The position numbers and the translations under genes are program-made. From positions 1 to 32,602 of the IMG/VR virus record IMGVR_UViG_3300048572_000010: a DNA stretch of 32,602 nt. One strand, written 5' to 3'. Position 1 is the first letter of the stretch, and every line of letters starts with the position of its first letter. Below are positions 16,194-25,177 of this stretch, one piece after another. The notes under the pieces are model-generated. The model searched no databases, had not been told where the DNA came from, and saw nothing but the letters and a program-made list of their open reading frames with translations. Origin of the DNA: a virus (taxonomy: Duplodnaviria; Caudoviricetes).

Positions 16194-17966
16194 ATGGCTA
16201 ACACGGTGATACAACTAAAATATTCTGAAAGTACAGCAACACCAGCATCGCTGAATGTTAGCGAACCCGCATATTCTAATAGTTCTAACAAACTTTTTAT
16301 TGGCCTTGCCGGTAATCAAGTTATCGCAATTGGTGGTAAATACTACACAGACCTAGTAGATGCCGCTACTGATGCAAATACAAATTCTACGATTGTTAAA
16401 AGAGATGCATCAGGTATGTTCTCTGCAACAGCAGTTAAAGCATCTCTATTTGGTAATGCGAATACTGCGGCCGCATGGCAGACTGCACGAACAATTGGTG
16501 TCTCTGGTGATGCAAATGGTACTGTCTCAATTGACGGTTCTGCAAATGCAAACATTCCGTTAACACTTGGTTCAACAGGTGTTTCTGCCGGCACATACGG
16601 CGGTGCAACACAAATCCCTACATTCGTTGTTGATTCAAAAGGTCGATTGACTTCTGCTGCCAATGTGGCAATCTCAACAAGTTTTGGTATTGCAGGTGAT
16701 ACAGGAACAGGTACAGTTGCTGGTGGCGAAACATTAACAATTGTTGGTCGTGATGGTATCACAACTGTTGCAGTTGATGCTAACAATTCAATCTTAGTTG
16801 ATGTTGATAACACAGTTTTCAGAACAACTGGTGGTACAATCACTGGTGATTTGGCCGTTACAGGTAACTTAGTTATCTCTGGTAACACAATCACACAAGA
16901 TGTTGAAACAATGAAAGTTGAAGATTCATTAATTCAACTTGCCGCAAACAACGCAGCTGATGCAGTCGATATCGGTTTCTTTGGTCAATACAATGATGGT
17001 ACAACAAAATATACCACTTTGTTCCGTGATGCATCCGATTCTGGTAAATATAAACTCTTAACTGGTGGTACAACTGTTCCATCAGCTGCAAACTCAGTAG
17101 ACCCATCAACATATTCTACTGCTACATTAGTTGCAAATATTACTGGTGGTACAGTTTCGGGTCTTTCTGCTGATATTGCAGTTGCAGATGGTGGTACTGG
17201 TGCAGGTTCATTCACTACTGGTGGTATCATCATGGGCAATGGCACTGGTGCCTTGTCCGTTCTTGCAAACAGCACTTACACTTTAACTGGCGGTCTTGCT
17301 GCTGCGAATACTCTTTCATCACTCACAGTTGATGCATATGGTCGTGTAACTGCTGCAACTGGTGTTGCTATTGCAATTGATACGGCTGCAATTACTTCAG
17401 GTACATTAGCTTACGCAAGAGGCGGTACTGGTTCAACATCATATACAACAGGTGCATTACTTGTTGCTGGTGCTACTGGACTGACTTCATTAGCAAATTC
17501 AACTTACACACTAACTGGTGGTCTTGCTGCTGCCAATACAATTTCATCACTTACTGTTGATGCATACGGGCGAGTAACTGCGGCAACTGGTGCAGCCATT
17601 GCGATTGATACTGCTCAAATTACTTCTGGTACAATTGCTGATGCAAGACTACCAACTAAAGGTACTGCCGGCACTTACGCAAATGCTTCTCATGTTCCAA
17701 TTATTACAACTGATGCATATGGTCGTGTAACTAATGTAACCAACACCGCTATTTCAATTGCTGCTTCACAAATTTCAGGTGGTTCATTTACAGTATCTCA
17801 AGGTGGTACAGGTGTAACATCATTTACTGCTAATAGTGTTCTTCTCTCTGGTGCAACATCTACCTCTGCTGTTGTGTCTCTTAATTCATCAACTGAAGGT
17901 CATGTACTACAAGTTAGCTCTGCTGGTGTCCCAGTATTTGGTTTCCTTAACGGTGGAAGTTTCTAA
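16194..17966 (+). CDS. Long fibre protein with Mtd_N-like N-terminus, ending GGSF
   Basis: MANTVIQLK...EPAYS..SNKLFIG N-terminus; repeated VD..GR(L/V)T.A modules; 76-aa-period internal duplication. Confidence 0.7.
   Translation: MANTVIQLKYSESTATPASLNVSEPAYSNSSNKLFIGLAGNQVIAIGGKYYTDLVDAATDANTNSTIVKRDASGMFSATAVKASLFGNANTAAAWQTARTIGVSGDANGTVSIDGSANANIPLTLGSTGVSAGTYGGATQIPTFVVDSKGRLTSAANVAISTSFGIAGDTGTGTVAGGETLTIVGRDGITTVAVDANNSILVDVDNTVFRTTGGTITGDLAVTGNLVISGNTITQDVETMKVEDSLIQLAANNAADAVDIGFFGQYNDGTTKYTTLFRDASDSGKYKLLTGGTTVPSAANSVDPSTYSTATLVANITGGTVSGLSADIAVADGGTGAGSFTTGGIIMGNGTGALSVLANSTYTLTGGLAAANTLSSLTVDAYGRVTAATGVAIAIDTAAITSGTLAYARGGTGSTSYTTGALLVAGATGLTSLANSTYTLTGGLAAANTISSLTVDAYGRVTAATGAAIAIDTAQITSGTIADARLPTKGTAGTYANASHVPIITTDAYGRVTNVTNTAISIAASQISGGSFTVSQGGTGVTSFTANSVLLSGATSTSAVVSLNSSTEGHVLQVSSAGVPVFGFLNGGSF
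17262..17634 (+). repeat. Internal coding duplication with 228-bp period
   Basis: LANSTYTLTGGLAAANT(L/I)SSLTVDAYGRVTAATG.AIAIDTA.ITSGT is encoded from 17262 and again from 17490. Confidence 0.85.
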
Positions 17967-17988
17967 ATTATTATGAAAGGGTTATATT

Positions 17989-18552
17989 ATGTCCGATGCA
18001 AATTTTATCAATGCCTATAATGAGGTAATATTAGAAAATTTAAATGCAATAATGAAACAGAATTTCATGTTTCAAACGCAAATAAAATTTCTTGAACAGC
18101 GAGTAAATGAAATTCCAGAAATGGAACAAAAACTCGCTAATGTTGAGACCGATAAGTCCGCCAAACAAAGCGACTATAACAGTTTGGCAGACGAAAGAAA
18201 TCGTCTATCTAATGAAGTTGGTTCTTTAAAGAATGAATTGGAAGATAAAAATCGAATCATTCAAAACAATGTTACCAGCGATAATGATAAACACAGATTA
18301 CAGACTGCTGTAAATCAACAAGCAGGCGAAATTGATACACTAAAAAATAAAATTGAATCAATGGAAAAAGAAATTGATTCACACAAGAAATACAATTTAC
18401 AGTTAGAAGAAATGTTGCCAAATTCAAAAAAGAAAAAACTAGGTATTGAAATTATAGAAGAAGATACGCCAAAAGTAGAAGTTAAAAAAGAACAAACTGT
18501 TTTTAATAATGTAACACCATTGACATTCGAATCGGTCGGCGGAACTTTCTAA
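17989..18552 (+). CDS. Coiled-coil hypothetical protein ending GGTF
   Basis: Charged, heptad-like E/K/Q/N-rich sequence unlike its neighbours; C-terminal SVGGTF. Confidence 0.7.
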   Translation: MSDANFINAYNEVILENLNAIMKQNFMFQTQIKFLEQRVNEIPEMEQKLANVETDKSAKQSDYNSLADERNRLSNEVGSLKNELEDKNRIIQNNVTSDNDKHRLQTAVNQQAGEIDTLKNKIESMEKEIDSHKKYNLQLEEMLPNSKKKKLGIEIIEEDTPKVEVKKEQTVFNNVTPLTFESVGGTF

Positions 18553-18553
18553 A

Positions 18554-19252
18554 ATGGCTAACACAGTAATTGCATTACGCAGTTCTGGTGTTGCTAGTAA
18601 TACTCCATCACTAGGCGTCTTAGCAAACGGCGAGTTATCACTTAACTTCGCTGATGGAATACTATACTATAAAACTTCTTCAAATACTCTTGGTTCAATT
18701 AGAACCACAGCAGTTTCAGGTTTAACCACAGAAGTCCAGTTCAATGATGCTGGTTCTTTTGGTGCAAACGCAAACTTCACCTTCAATAAAACTCTTGCGA
18801 CACTTAATGTAAGAAACATTAATGTTTCAACGAATCTAATTGCCACAACTGCAAACTTAACAGTCAATAGTATCACAACTGGTACTGGTGTTGGTGGTAC
18901 AATTGCAGGTGCGAATGTAATCTATTCAAATGTATTTGTTGCGAATAGTGGTGGTTATGTTCAATTCTCAGACGGCTCAAAACAATATACTGCCAACGCA
19001 GGTTCTGGCGGTGGCGGTACAGTTGATTTTGGTTTTGGTCAAATCTTTACACCAAACAATTCTGTTTATGCAAATGCCACTAGTGCAAATGATAAAGTTA
19101 GTTTTACTGGTGAGTCTGGTGTATATGTTTTTGCGAACTCAACAACAAAAACAATTACGGTTGCTGGAACTCCAGGCGCTCAAGGCATGACTGTTGACTA
19201 TGGTTTTGTCACAGAAGCAGTTTATTATGCCATCGATTACGGGACACTATAA
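18554..19252 (+). CDS. Fibre protein with Mtd_N-like N-terminus, ending IDYGTL
   Basis: MANTVIALRSSG...LANGELSLNFADGILYYK; EVQFNDAGSFG and QFSDGSKQYTA motifs. Confidence 0.7.
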   Translation: MANTVIALRSSGVASNTPSLGVLANGELSLNFADGILYYKTSSNTLGSIRTTAVSGLTTEVQFNDAGSFGANANFTFNKTLATLNVRNINVSTNLIATTANLTVNSITTGTGVGGTIAGANVIYSNVFVANSGGYVQFSDGSKQYTANAGSGGGGTVDFGFGQIFTPNNSVYANATSANDKVSFTGESGVYVFANSTTKTITVAGTPGAQGMTVDYGFVTEAVYYAIDYGTL

Positions 19253-19255
19253 ATA
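19248..19255 (+). promoter_or_regulatory. T4 late promoter TATAAATA
   Basis: Exact consensus overlapping the upstream TAA, only 5 nt before ATG 19261. Confidence 0.55.
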
Positions 19256-19260
19256 CAACT

Positions 19261-21486
19261 ATGTCAACACAAGTCCAAATACGAAGAGGTAATACAGCAC
19301 AAACAGCAGCCTTCACTGGTGTTGTTGCTGAACTTACCGTAGATACAGATAAAAAAGTCGTAGTCGTACACGATGGTACAACTGCGGGTGGTATACCTCT
19401 ATCTAAAGAATCTACTGCCTCAACAATTTTTAATCATGCTAATGCAGCTTTTGATAAGGCCAATTCGGCCAATGTTTTAGCACAATCTGGATATAACCAA
19501 GCCAATACTGCAACAACATCAGCACAAGCTGCATTTGATAAAGCCAATCAAACTGCACAATTAGCATTCACTACTGTTTCTGCGAATGGAACAAATTTAG
19601 TTGCTGATGCAAATAATGATACACTTACAATTACATCGGCTGTTGCCAATGGTATATTTGTATCTGGTAATTCTAGCACAGATGCATTAGATATTGGTTT
19701 AATAAATTCTGGAGTAACTGCAAGTGGTTATGGTGACAGCATTTCTGTTCCAACTTTTGTGGTTGATTCTAAAGGTCGTTTAACATCGGCATCAAATACA
19801 ACTATTCGTTCAGGCACAACATCACAAACTGGTGTCATTCAATTAGAAGATTCGGTTACATCTACTTCTACAAGTAATGCAGCTACACCAGCTTCAGTTA
19901 AAACTGCATATGATTTAGCAACTACTGCTAACAATAACGCTGTCAATGCAGGTACATATGCTAATGCAGCTTTTGATAAAGCTAATTCTGCAAATGTTTT
20001 AGCACAATCTGGATATAATCAAGCCAATACTGCCACAACTACCGCAGGTCTGTCATACAATCATGCAAATGGTGCATTTGATAAAGCCAACACCGCCACT
20101 ACAACGGCAGGCTTGGCATACAATCACGCTAACGGTGCCTTTGACAAGGCCAATTCTGCCAATGTTTTAGCACAATCTGGATATAATCAAGCCAATACTG
20201 CCACAACTACCGCTGATGCAGCTTTTGCTAAGGCTAATTCTGCTAATGTAATAGCACAGTCTGCGTTTGATAATTCAAATACTAAATTTAATTCATCTGG
20301 TGGTACAATATCAGGTGACACAACTGTTACTGGTAATCTAACTATTATTGGTCAAACAGTATACGCAAATACAACAACTGCATTAATTGCTGATAACATA
20401 ATTACACTTAATGCGGCTATTGGTCAAGCATCTGCACCAACAGTAAATGCTGGCATTGAAGTTGACCGTGGTTCTTCTGCGAATGTATTATTGCAATGGA
20501 ATGAAACAACAGATAAGTGGCAATTTACAAATGATGGTTCAACTTTTTATGATATTGCAGATGCTGGAAGATTAGATTCTGTATTCTCATTAGCAAACGG
20601 AACTGCTGGTGTTGCAAATACAGATTTCACCACAATCTCTACTACTGCCGGTGTTTATGGCAATGCATCCTATCTGCCTGTTGTAACACTTACAGCAAAT
20701 GGTCGTGTCAGTTCAATTACTAATACTGCTATTGCAATTGATACCGCTGCAATTACCTCTGGCACAATTGATGATGCAAGACTTGCGGCTGTAGGCACAG
20801 CAGGTACTTACGCAAACGCAACACATGTTCCTGTTATTACTACAGATTCAAAAGGTCGTGTAAGTGCCGTAACAAATACTGCCATTTCATTCCCTGTAAC
20901 TTCAGTTGCAGGTGTTACTGGTGCAGTATCAAATACACAATTATTGAATGGTATTCTTGCAGTTGATGGTGTTGGTTCAGGCCTCGATGCAGATTTACTA
21001 GATGGTTTTCCACATACAGCATTTGCTAACGCAGTCTTTGCTAATACTGATTATACAACCATATCAGCTACTGCTGGTGTTTATGGTAATGCTTCACATG
21101 TTCCAGTAACAACACTAACTGCCAATGGTCGTGTTTCAGTCATAACAAACACCGCAATTGCAATTGATACCGCTGCAATTACTTCTGGTACATTAGCAGT
21201 CGCAAGAGGCGGTACTGGAGTAACAACTTCTACTGGTACTGGTGCAGTTACTCTCAATACTTCTCCAACATTAGTTAATGTTTCAGTATCATCTGTTGAT
21301 GTAACAAACACAACTGTATCAACATCAAACACAACTGGTGCAATAACTGTTGCTGGTGGTGTTGGTGTCAAGGGTAATGTTTCTGCTAATGGTATTATTT
21401 TCGATGACGGCACAAGACAAACAACTGCTGCTTCTGGTGGCGCAACACTTGGTGATGTTTTGGCACTTTCAATTGCATTAGGATAA
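19261..21486 (+). CDS. Long fibre protein: Mtd_N-type N-terminal domain, helical repeats, tail fibre repeat, ending SIALG
   Basis: QVQIRRGNTA....FTG...ELTVDTDK..VVVHDG.TAGG (Mtd_N-like); GVIQLEDSVTSTS...AATPASVKTAYD (phage tail fibre repeat); GSGLDADLLDG; AFDKAN repeats. Lies directly upstream of gp13, where T4 has fibritin (wac). Confidence 0.75.
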   Translation: MSTQVQIRRGNTAQTAAFTGVVAELTVDTDKKVVVVHDGTTAGGIPLSKESTASTIFNHANAAFDKANSANVLAQSGYNQANTATTSAQAAFDKANQTAQLAFTTVSANGTNLVADANNDTLTITSAVANGIFVSGNSSTDALDIGLINSGVTASGYGDSISVPTFVVDSKGRLTSASNTTIRSGTTSQTGVIQLEDSVTSTSTSNAATPASVKTAYDLATTANNNAVNAGTYANAAFDKANSANVLAQSGYNQANTATTTAGLSYNHANGAFDKANTATTTAGLAYNHANGAFDKANSANVLAQSGYNQANTATTTADAAFAKANSANVIAQSAFDNSNTKFNSSGGTISGDTTVTGNLTIIGQTVYANTTTALIADNIITLNAAIGQASAPTVNAGIEVDRGSSANVLLQWNETTDKWQFTNDGSTFYDIADAGRLDSVFSLANGTAGVANTDFTTISTTAGVYGNASYLPVVTLTANGRVSSITNTAIAIDTAAITSGTIDDARLAAVGTAGTYANATHVPVITTDSKGRVSAVTNTAISFPVTSVAGVTGAVSNTQLLNGILAVDGVGSGLDADLLDGFPHTAFANAVFANTDYTTISATAGVYGNASHVPVTTLTANGRVSVITNTAIAIDTAAITSGTLAVARGGTGVTTSTGTGAVTLNTSPTLVNVSVSSVDVTNTTVSTSNTTGAITVAGGVGVKGNVSANGIIFDDGTRQTTAASGGATLGDVLALSIALG
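19993..20213 (+). repeat. 53-bp exact direct repeat inside the fibre gene (19993..20045 and 20161..20213); a third, diverged copy near 19471
   Basis: AATGTTTTAGCACAATCTGGATATAATCAAGCCAATACTGCCACAACTACCGC occurs twice and encodes NVLAQSGYNQANTATTT. Confidence 0.9.
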
Positions 21487-21489
21487 AAT

Positions 21490-22443
21490 ATGGCAAAACC
21501 TACAACACGAGCATTATTCAAAGATTACTGTTTAAGAAGACTTGGCCATCCTGTTATTCAAATCAACGTGGATGATGACCAAGTTGAAGACCGTATTGAT
21601 GACGCACTTCAATTTTTTGAAGATTACCATTTTGATGGTTGCGAAAAGATTTATATGAAACATCAATTCACACAAGCTGATATTGATAGACGATTTATTT
21701 TTTGTCCAGACCCTGTAATCTTTGTTATGTCTGTTCAATCATTTGATGATTCAACTTCATCAATTAATATGTTTGATTTGCGTTATCAGTTACGTTTGCA
21801 TGACCTCTATGATTTCACATCGGTATCGTATGTATCATATGAAATTACCATGCAACATCTTCGTACACTAGAATTGTTATTCTCTGGTACTCCACAATTT
21901 AGATTTAATCGTAAACAAAATAAAATATTCCTTGATATTGATTGGGAACGTGATGCAGAAGTGGGTAAGTATGTTGTTATTCAATGTATGCGAGCAATGC
22001 GGCCTGATACAATTACCTTAACAGGTACTTTAACTGGTAACACAAGTTCTAATACAATGACAGGAACATCAACAATATTTGACCAAGAAATACTTGAAAA
22101 TGATATCATCACATTATCTGATAATCAAGAAGTTCAAGTTCGTAAAATTAATTCACCAACAGAAATTGTTCTTGCAAATGCTTTGACTGCAAATGTTGCT
22201 AATGTAACTATGACTAAAGCCGGTGTTTCAGATGTTTGGAATGATAAGTTTCTAAAAAATTATGGTACTGCTAAAATTAAATATCAATGGGGTAGTAACC
22301 TTTCTAAGTTTGCAGGTATTCAAATGCCTGGTGGTGTAACATTGGATGGTCCAAGAATTATGCAAGAAGCACAAGCTGAGATAGATAAACTTGAAGAAGA
22401 AATGTATAATATGATTTTGCCAAGTGAAATCTTTACTGGATAA
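21490..22443 (+). CDS. gp13: Neck protein gp13
   Basis: KDYCLRRLGHPVIQINVDDDQVEDRIDDALQFF..YHFDG and QWGSNLSKFAGIQMPGGVTLDG; gene order. Confidence 0.93.
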   Translation: MAKPTTRALFKDYCLRRLGHPVIQINVDDDQVEDRIDDALQFFEDYHFDGCEKIYMKHQFTQADIDRRFIFCPDPVIFVMSVQSFDDSTSSINMFDLRYQLRLHDLYDFTSVSYVSYEITMQHLRTLELLFSGTPQFRFNRKQNKIFLDIDWERDAEVGKYVVIQCMRAMRPDTITLTGTLTGNTSSNTMTGTSTIFDQEILENDIITLSDNQEVQVRKINSPTEIVLANALTANVANVTMTKAGVSDVWNDKFLKNYGTAKIKYQWGSNLSKFAGIQMPGGVTLDGPRIMQEAQAEIDKLEEEMYNMILPSEIFTG

Positions 22444-22445
22444 AG

Positions 22446-23351
22446 ATGCCTACTAACGTATATTTTAATAACTTTCCTTTAGAACAAATCACCAGTGAAC
22501 AATTACTGGTGGAGGATCTCGTTATTGAAGCAATGCAAATTCATGGTATGGATGTTTATTATCTACCAAGAACAAGCCGTGATTCTGTAGATATGTTATA
22601 TGGAGAAGATACTCTCAAGCAATATGTAACTGCATACCCGATTGAAATGTACCTTGAGAATGTTTCAGGTATGGATGGTGAAGGTGATTTCATTTCTAAA
22701 TTTGGCTTAGAGATTAGAGATGAACTTACCTTATTAGTATCTCGCCGCAGATTCAAGTACGCAACTGGTGCATCAAATCTTATCCGACCAAGAGAAGGTG
22801 ATTTGATTTATGTTCCATTGATTCAAAACTTTTTTGAAATTTCATTTGTAGAACATGAGAATGACCAAGCAATGTTTTATACATTAGGCCGTGGTCGTGG
22901 TGGAAATGTATATGTTTATTCGTTAAAATGTAAACAGTTTGTGTTCTCAGAAGAAGTTATTAATACAGGTAATGAAGAAATTGATGAACAGATTCGTGAT
23001 TCATATGCAAGAACACAACTTACATTAGCCGCAGGCGGTTCAGGTACATTTGTAGCAGATGAAATTGCTTATCAGGGAGCAACTTTGGCAAATGCAACAT
23101 TCCAATCAGTTGTTTATGATTTCACAACTGCAACAAGAAAATTGAATGTTATTCGCACAATAGGAACTTTTGCAAATAATACATTAACAAAAGGTGCAAC
23201 AAGTGGTGCATCTTGGACTTCATTTGGTACTGCAAATACATCATACAACGACAATACTGCGTTTGAAGATATTATGGATAATTCTTTAATTGAAGGTGAA
23301 TCAGATTCTATAATTGATTTTAGTGAAACTAATCCTTTTGGTGAGGCTTAA
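22446..23351 (+). CDS. gp14: Neck protein gp14
   Basis: EQLLVEDLVIEAMQIHGMDVYYLPR, SKFGLEIRDE, RPREGDLIY.P and C-terminal DFSETNPFG. Confidence 0.93.
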   Translation: MPTNVYFNNFPLEQITSEQLLVEDLVIEAMQIHGMDVYYLPRTSRDSVDMLYGEDTLKQYVTAYPIEMYLENVSGMDGEGDFISKFGLEIRDELTLLVSRRRFKYATGASNLIRPREGDLIYVPLIQNFFEISFVEHENDQAMFYTLGRGRGGNVYVYSLKCKQFVFSEEVINTGNEEIDEQIRDSYARTQLTLAAGGSGTFVADEIAYQGATLANATFQSVVYDFTTATRKLNVIRTIGTFANNTLTKGATSGASWTSFGTANTSYNDNTAFEDIMDNSLIEGESDSIIDFSETNPFGEA

Positions 23352-23353
23352 AA

Positions 23354-24346
23354 ATGCTTGGTAATGCTAACTTTTATAATAGAACAATACGCAAAATTGT
23401 TGTCGCATTTGGCACAGTTTTCAATGACATTTATGTGGTTCGATATACCAAAGATGGGTTAACTGCAAAAGAAACAATTAAAGTTCCTTTGAATTGGGGT
23501 GCAAAAGAAAAATATATAACTCGTATTACATCTGACCCATCATTAACAAAATCAATTGCAACAACTGTTCCTAGAATTTCATTTGAGATGACAGGAATGA
23601 GTTATGATTCAAGTAGAAAATTACCCACTACTGTTCGTAATTTTTCTGCAAATAATGCAACGACTGTACATGCACAATATGTTCCTGTGCCTTACAACTT
23701 TGATTTTTCATTATCAATCTATGTAAGAAACACAGAAGATGGCACACAGATACTAGAACAAATTTTACCATTCTTTACGCCAGATTTTAGTGTGACTGTT
23801 GATTTTATTCCTTTGATGGATCCAAAATATGATATGCCTATCATTCTGAATTCAGTTTCAAATGAAGTAGATTATGAAGGTGACATGATGGCCACCAGAT
23901 TGATTATTTGGAATTTAGAATTTACCGCAAAAAGTCATATTTGGCCTCCAGTTAAAACTGGTAAAATTATTAATGTGGCCAATACAAACCTATACATTCA
24001 ACCAAATAGTTTACTTGAACAACAAGTCTTTGTAGACTTTGCAAATGGTGTTGGGCGATTCTCTGATTCAGAAACAATTAGAGTTACTGATAGAGATGTG
24101 CATGGTACAGTTTCATATTTTAGTAATGTAAATAATGGTATATTAATAGTTGAATCATTAAATGATTATTTGGCTGTTGGTGATGTTGTTCGTGGTGATT
24201 TTACTGGTGCAACATTTACTATTAAAACTGCTGACAAAACACCATTAAAATCAACAACAATAACAACAAGACCAAAGCCATTGACTGCCGAACCAGATGA
24301 TGAATTTGGATTTTCAGAGACAGTAACTACTGGGCGCACATTTTAA
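23354..24346 (+). CDS. gp15: Tail sheath stabiliser / tail terminator gp15
   Basis: FYNRTIRKIVVAFGTVFNDI, PRISFEM, PVPYN, QILEQILPFFTP. Confidence 0.93.
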   Translation: MLGNANFYNRTIRKIVVAFGTVFNDIYVVRYTKDGLTAKETIKVPLNWGAKEKYITRITSDPSLTKSIATTVPRISFEMTGMSYDSSRKLPTTVRNFSANNATTVHAQYVPVPYNFDFSLSIYVRNTEDGTQILEQILPFFTPDFSVTVDFIPLMDPKYDMPIILNSVSNEVDYEGDMMATRLIIWNLEFTAKSHIWPPVKTGKIINVANTNLYIQPNSLLEQQVFVDFANGVGRFSDSETIRVTDRDVHGTVSYFSNVNNGILIVESLNDYLAVGDVVRGDFTGATFTIKTADKTPLKSTTITTRPKPLTAEPDDEFGFSETVTTGRTF

Positions 24347-24732
24347 TGCATAAATTGAATCAAAAATTATCTGAAGTATTGGATGTTGAACCTATTCAAT
24401 TTGAAACTTCAATAGTTGAAGTTAAATCACCTATTGAAGATGATGCTGAATTTGCACGAACAAATATTCGTGATTTGATTTCAAAAGGTAATAGTGCAAT
24501 TGATACTCTACTTCAAGTGGCTAATGCATCAGAACATCCAAGAGCATATGAAGTTGCCGCAGGACTTATTAAAAATCTTGGTGACTTAAACAAAGATTTA
24601 TTAGAAATTCAAAAACGCAAAAGAGATTTGGATCCAACTCAATCAAAGAACAATTCAACTACGAATATAGATAAGGCTGTGTTTGTTGGGTCAACAACTG
24701 AATTAGTTAAATTTCTAAAGAACAATAAATAG
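24346..24732 (+). CDS. gp16: Terminase small subunit gp16
   Basis: D.EFAR.NI, SEHPRAYEV and VFVGSTTEL motifs; TAATG-coupled to gp15. Confidence 0.92.
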   Translation: MHKLNQKLSEVLDVEPIQFETSIVEVKSPIEDDAEFARTNIRDLISKGNSAIDTLLQVANASEHPRAYEVAAGLIKNLGDLNKDLLEIQKRKRDLDPTQSKNNSTTNIDKAVFVGSTTELVKFLKNNK

Positions 24733-24738
24733 ATTACT

Positions 24739-25176
24739 ATGGAACAATTAATTCAACAACTTAAAGTAATTTTAGGTACAAACTTTGCGTTGTATCTGAA
24801 GTCACACAACTATCATTGGAATATTGAGGGTTCTAATTTTCCTCAATACCATGATTTCTTAAACACATTTTATACTGAAGTGTTTGCACAAACTGATTTG
24901 ATTGCAGAACATGTGAGATATTTGGATTCGTATGTGCCGGGTTCAATGGAAAGATTTTTAGAATTGGCAGATATTGAAGAATCAGTAGATATTATTCCAA
25001 CCGCAATGGAAATGATGACACAATTAAAATCAGATAATGACCGTTATATCATACACCTTCGTGCAGGTATAGTAGCCGCTGAACAAGCAAATGAGCCTGC
25101 TGTATCAAACTTTTTACAAGAACTTCTTGGTGCTCATCAAAAGAAATCATGGATGTTGAGAAGTATTATTAAATAA
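24739..25176 (+). CDS. dps: Dps-family ferritin-like protein
   Basis: KSHNYHWNIEG.NF..YH...Y......D.IAE. H26, W27, H38, D53 and E57 have the Dps ferroxidase-site spacing. C-terminal H.K..WML. Confidence 0.88.
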   Translation: MEQLIQQLKVILGTNFALYLKSHNYHWNIEGSNFPQYHDFLNTFYTEVFAQTDLIAEHVRYLDSYVPGSMERFLELADIEESVDIIPTAMEMMTQLKSDNDRYIIHLRAGIVAAEQANEPAVSNFLQELLGAHQKKSWMLRSIIK

Positions 25177-25177
25177 T

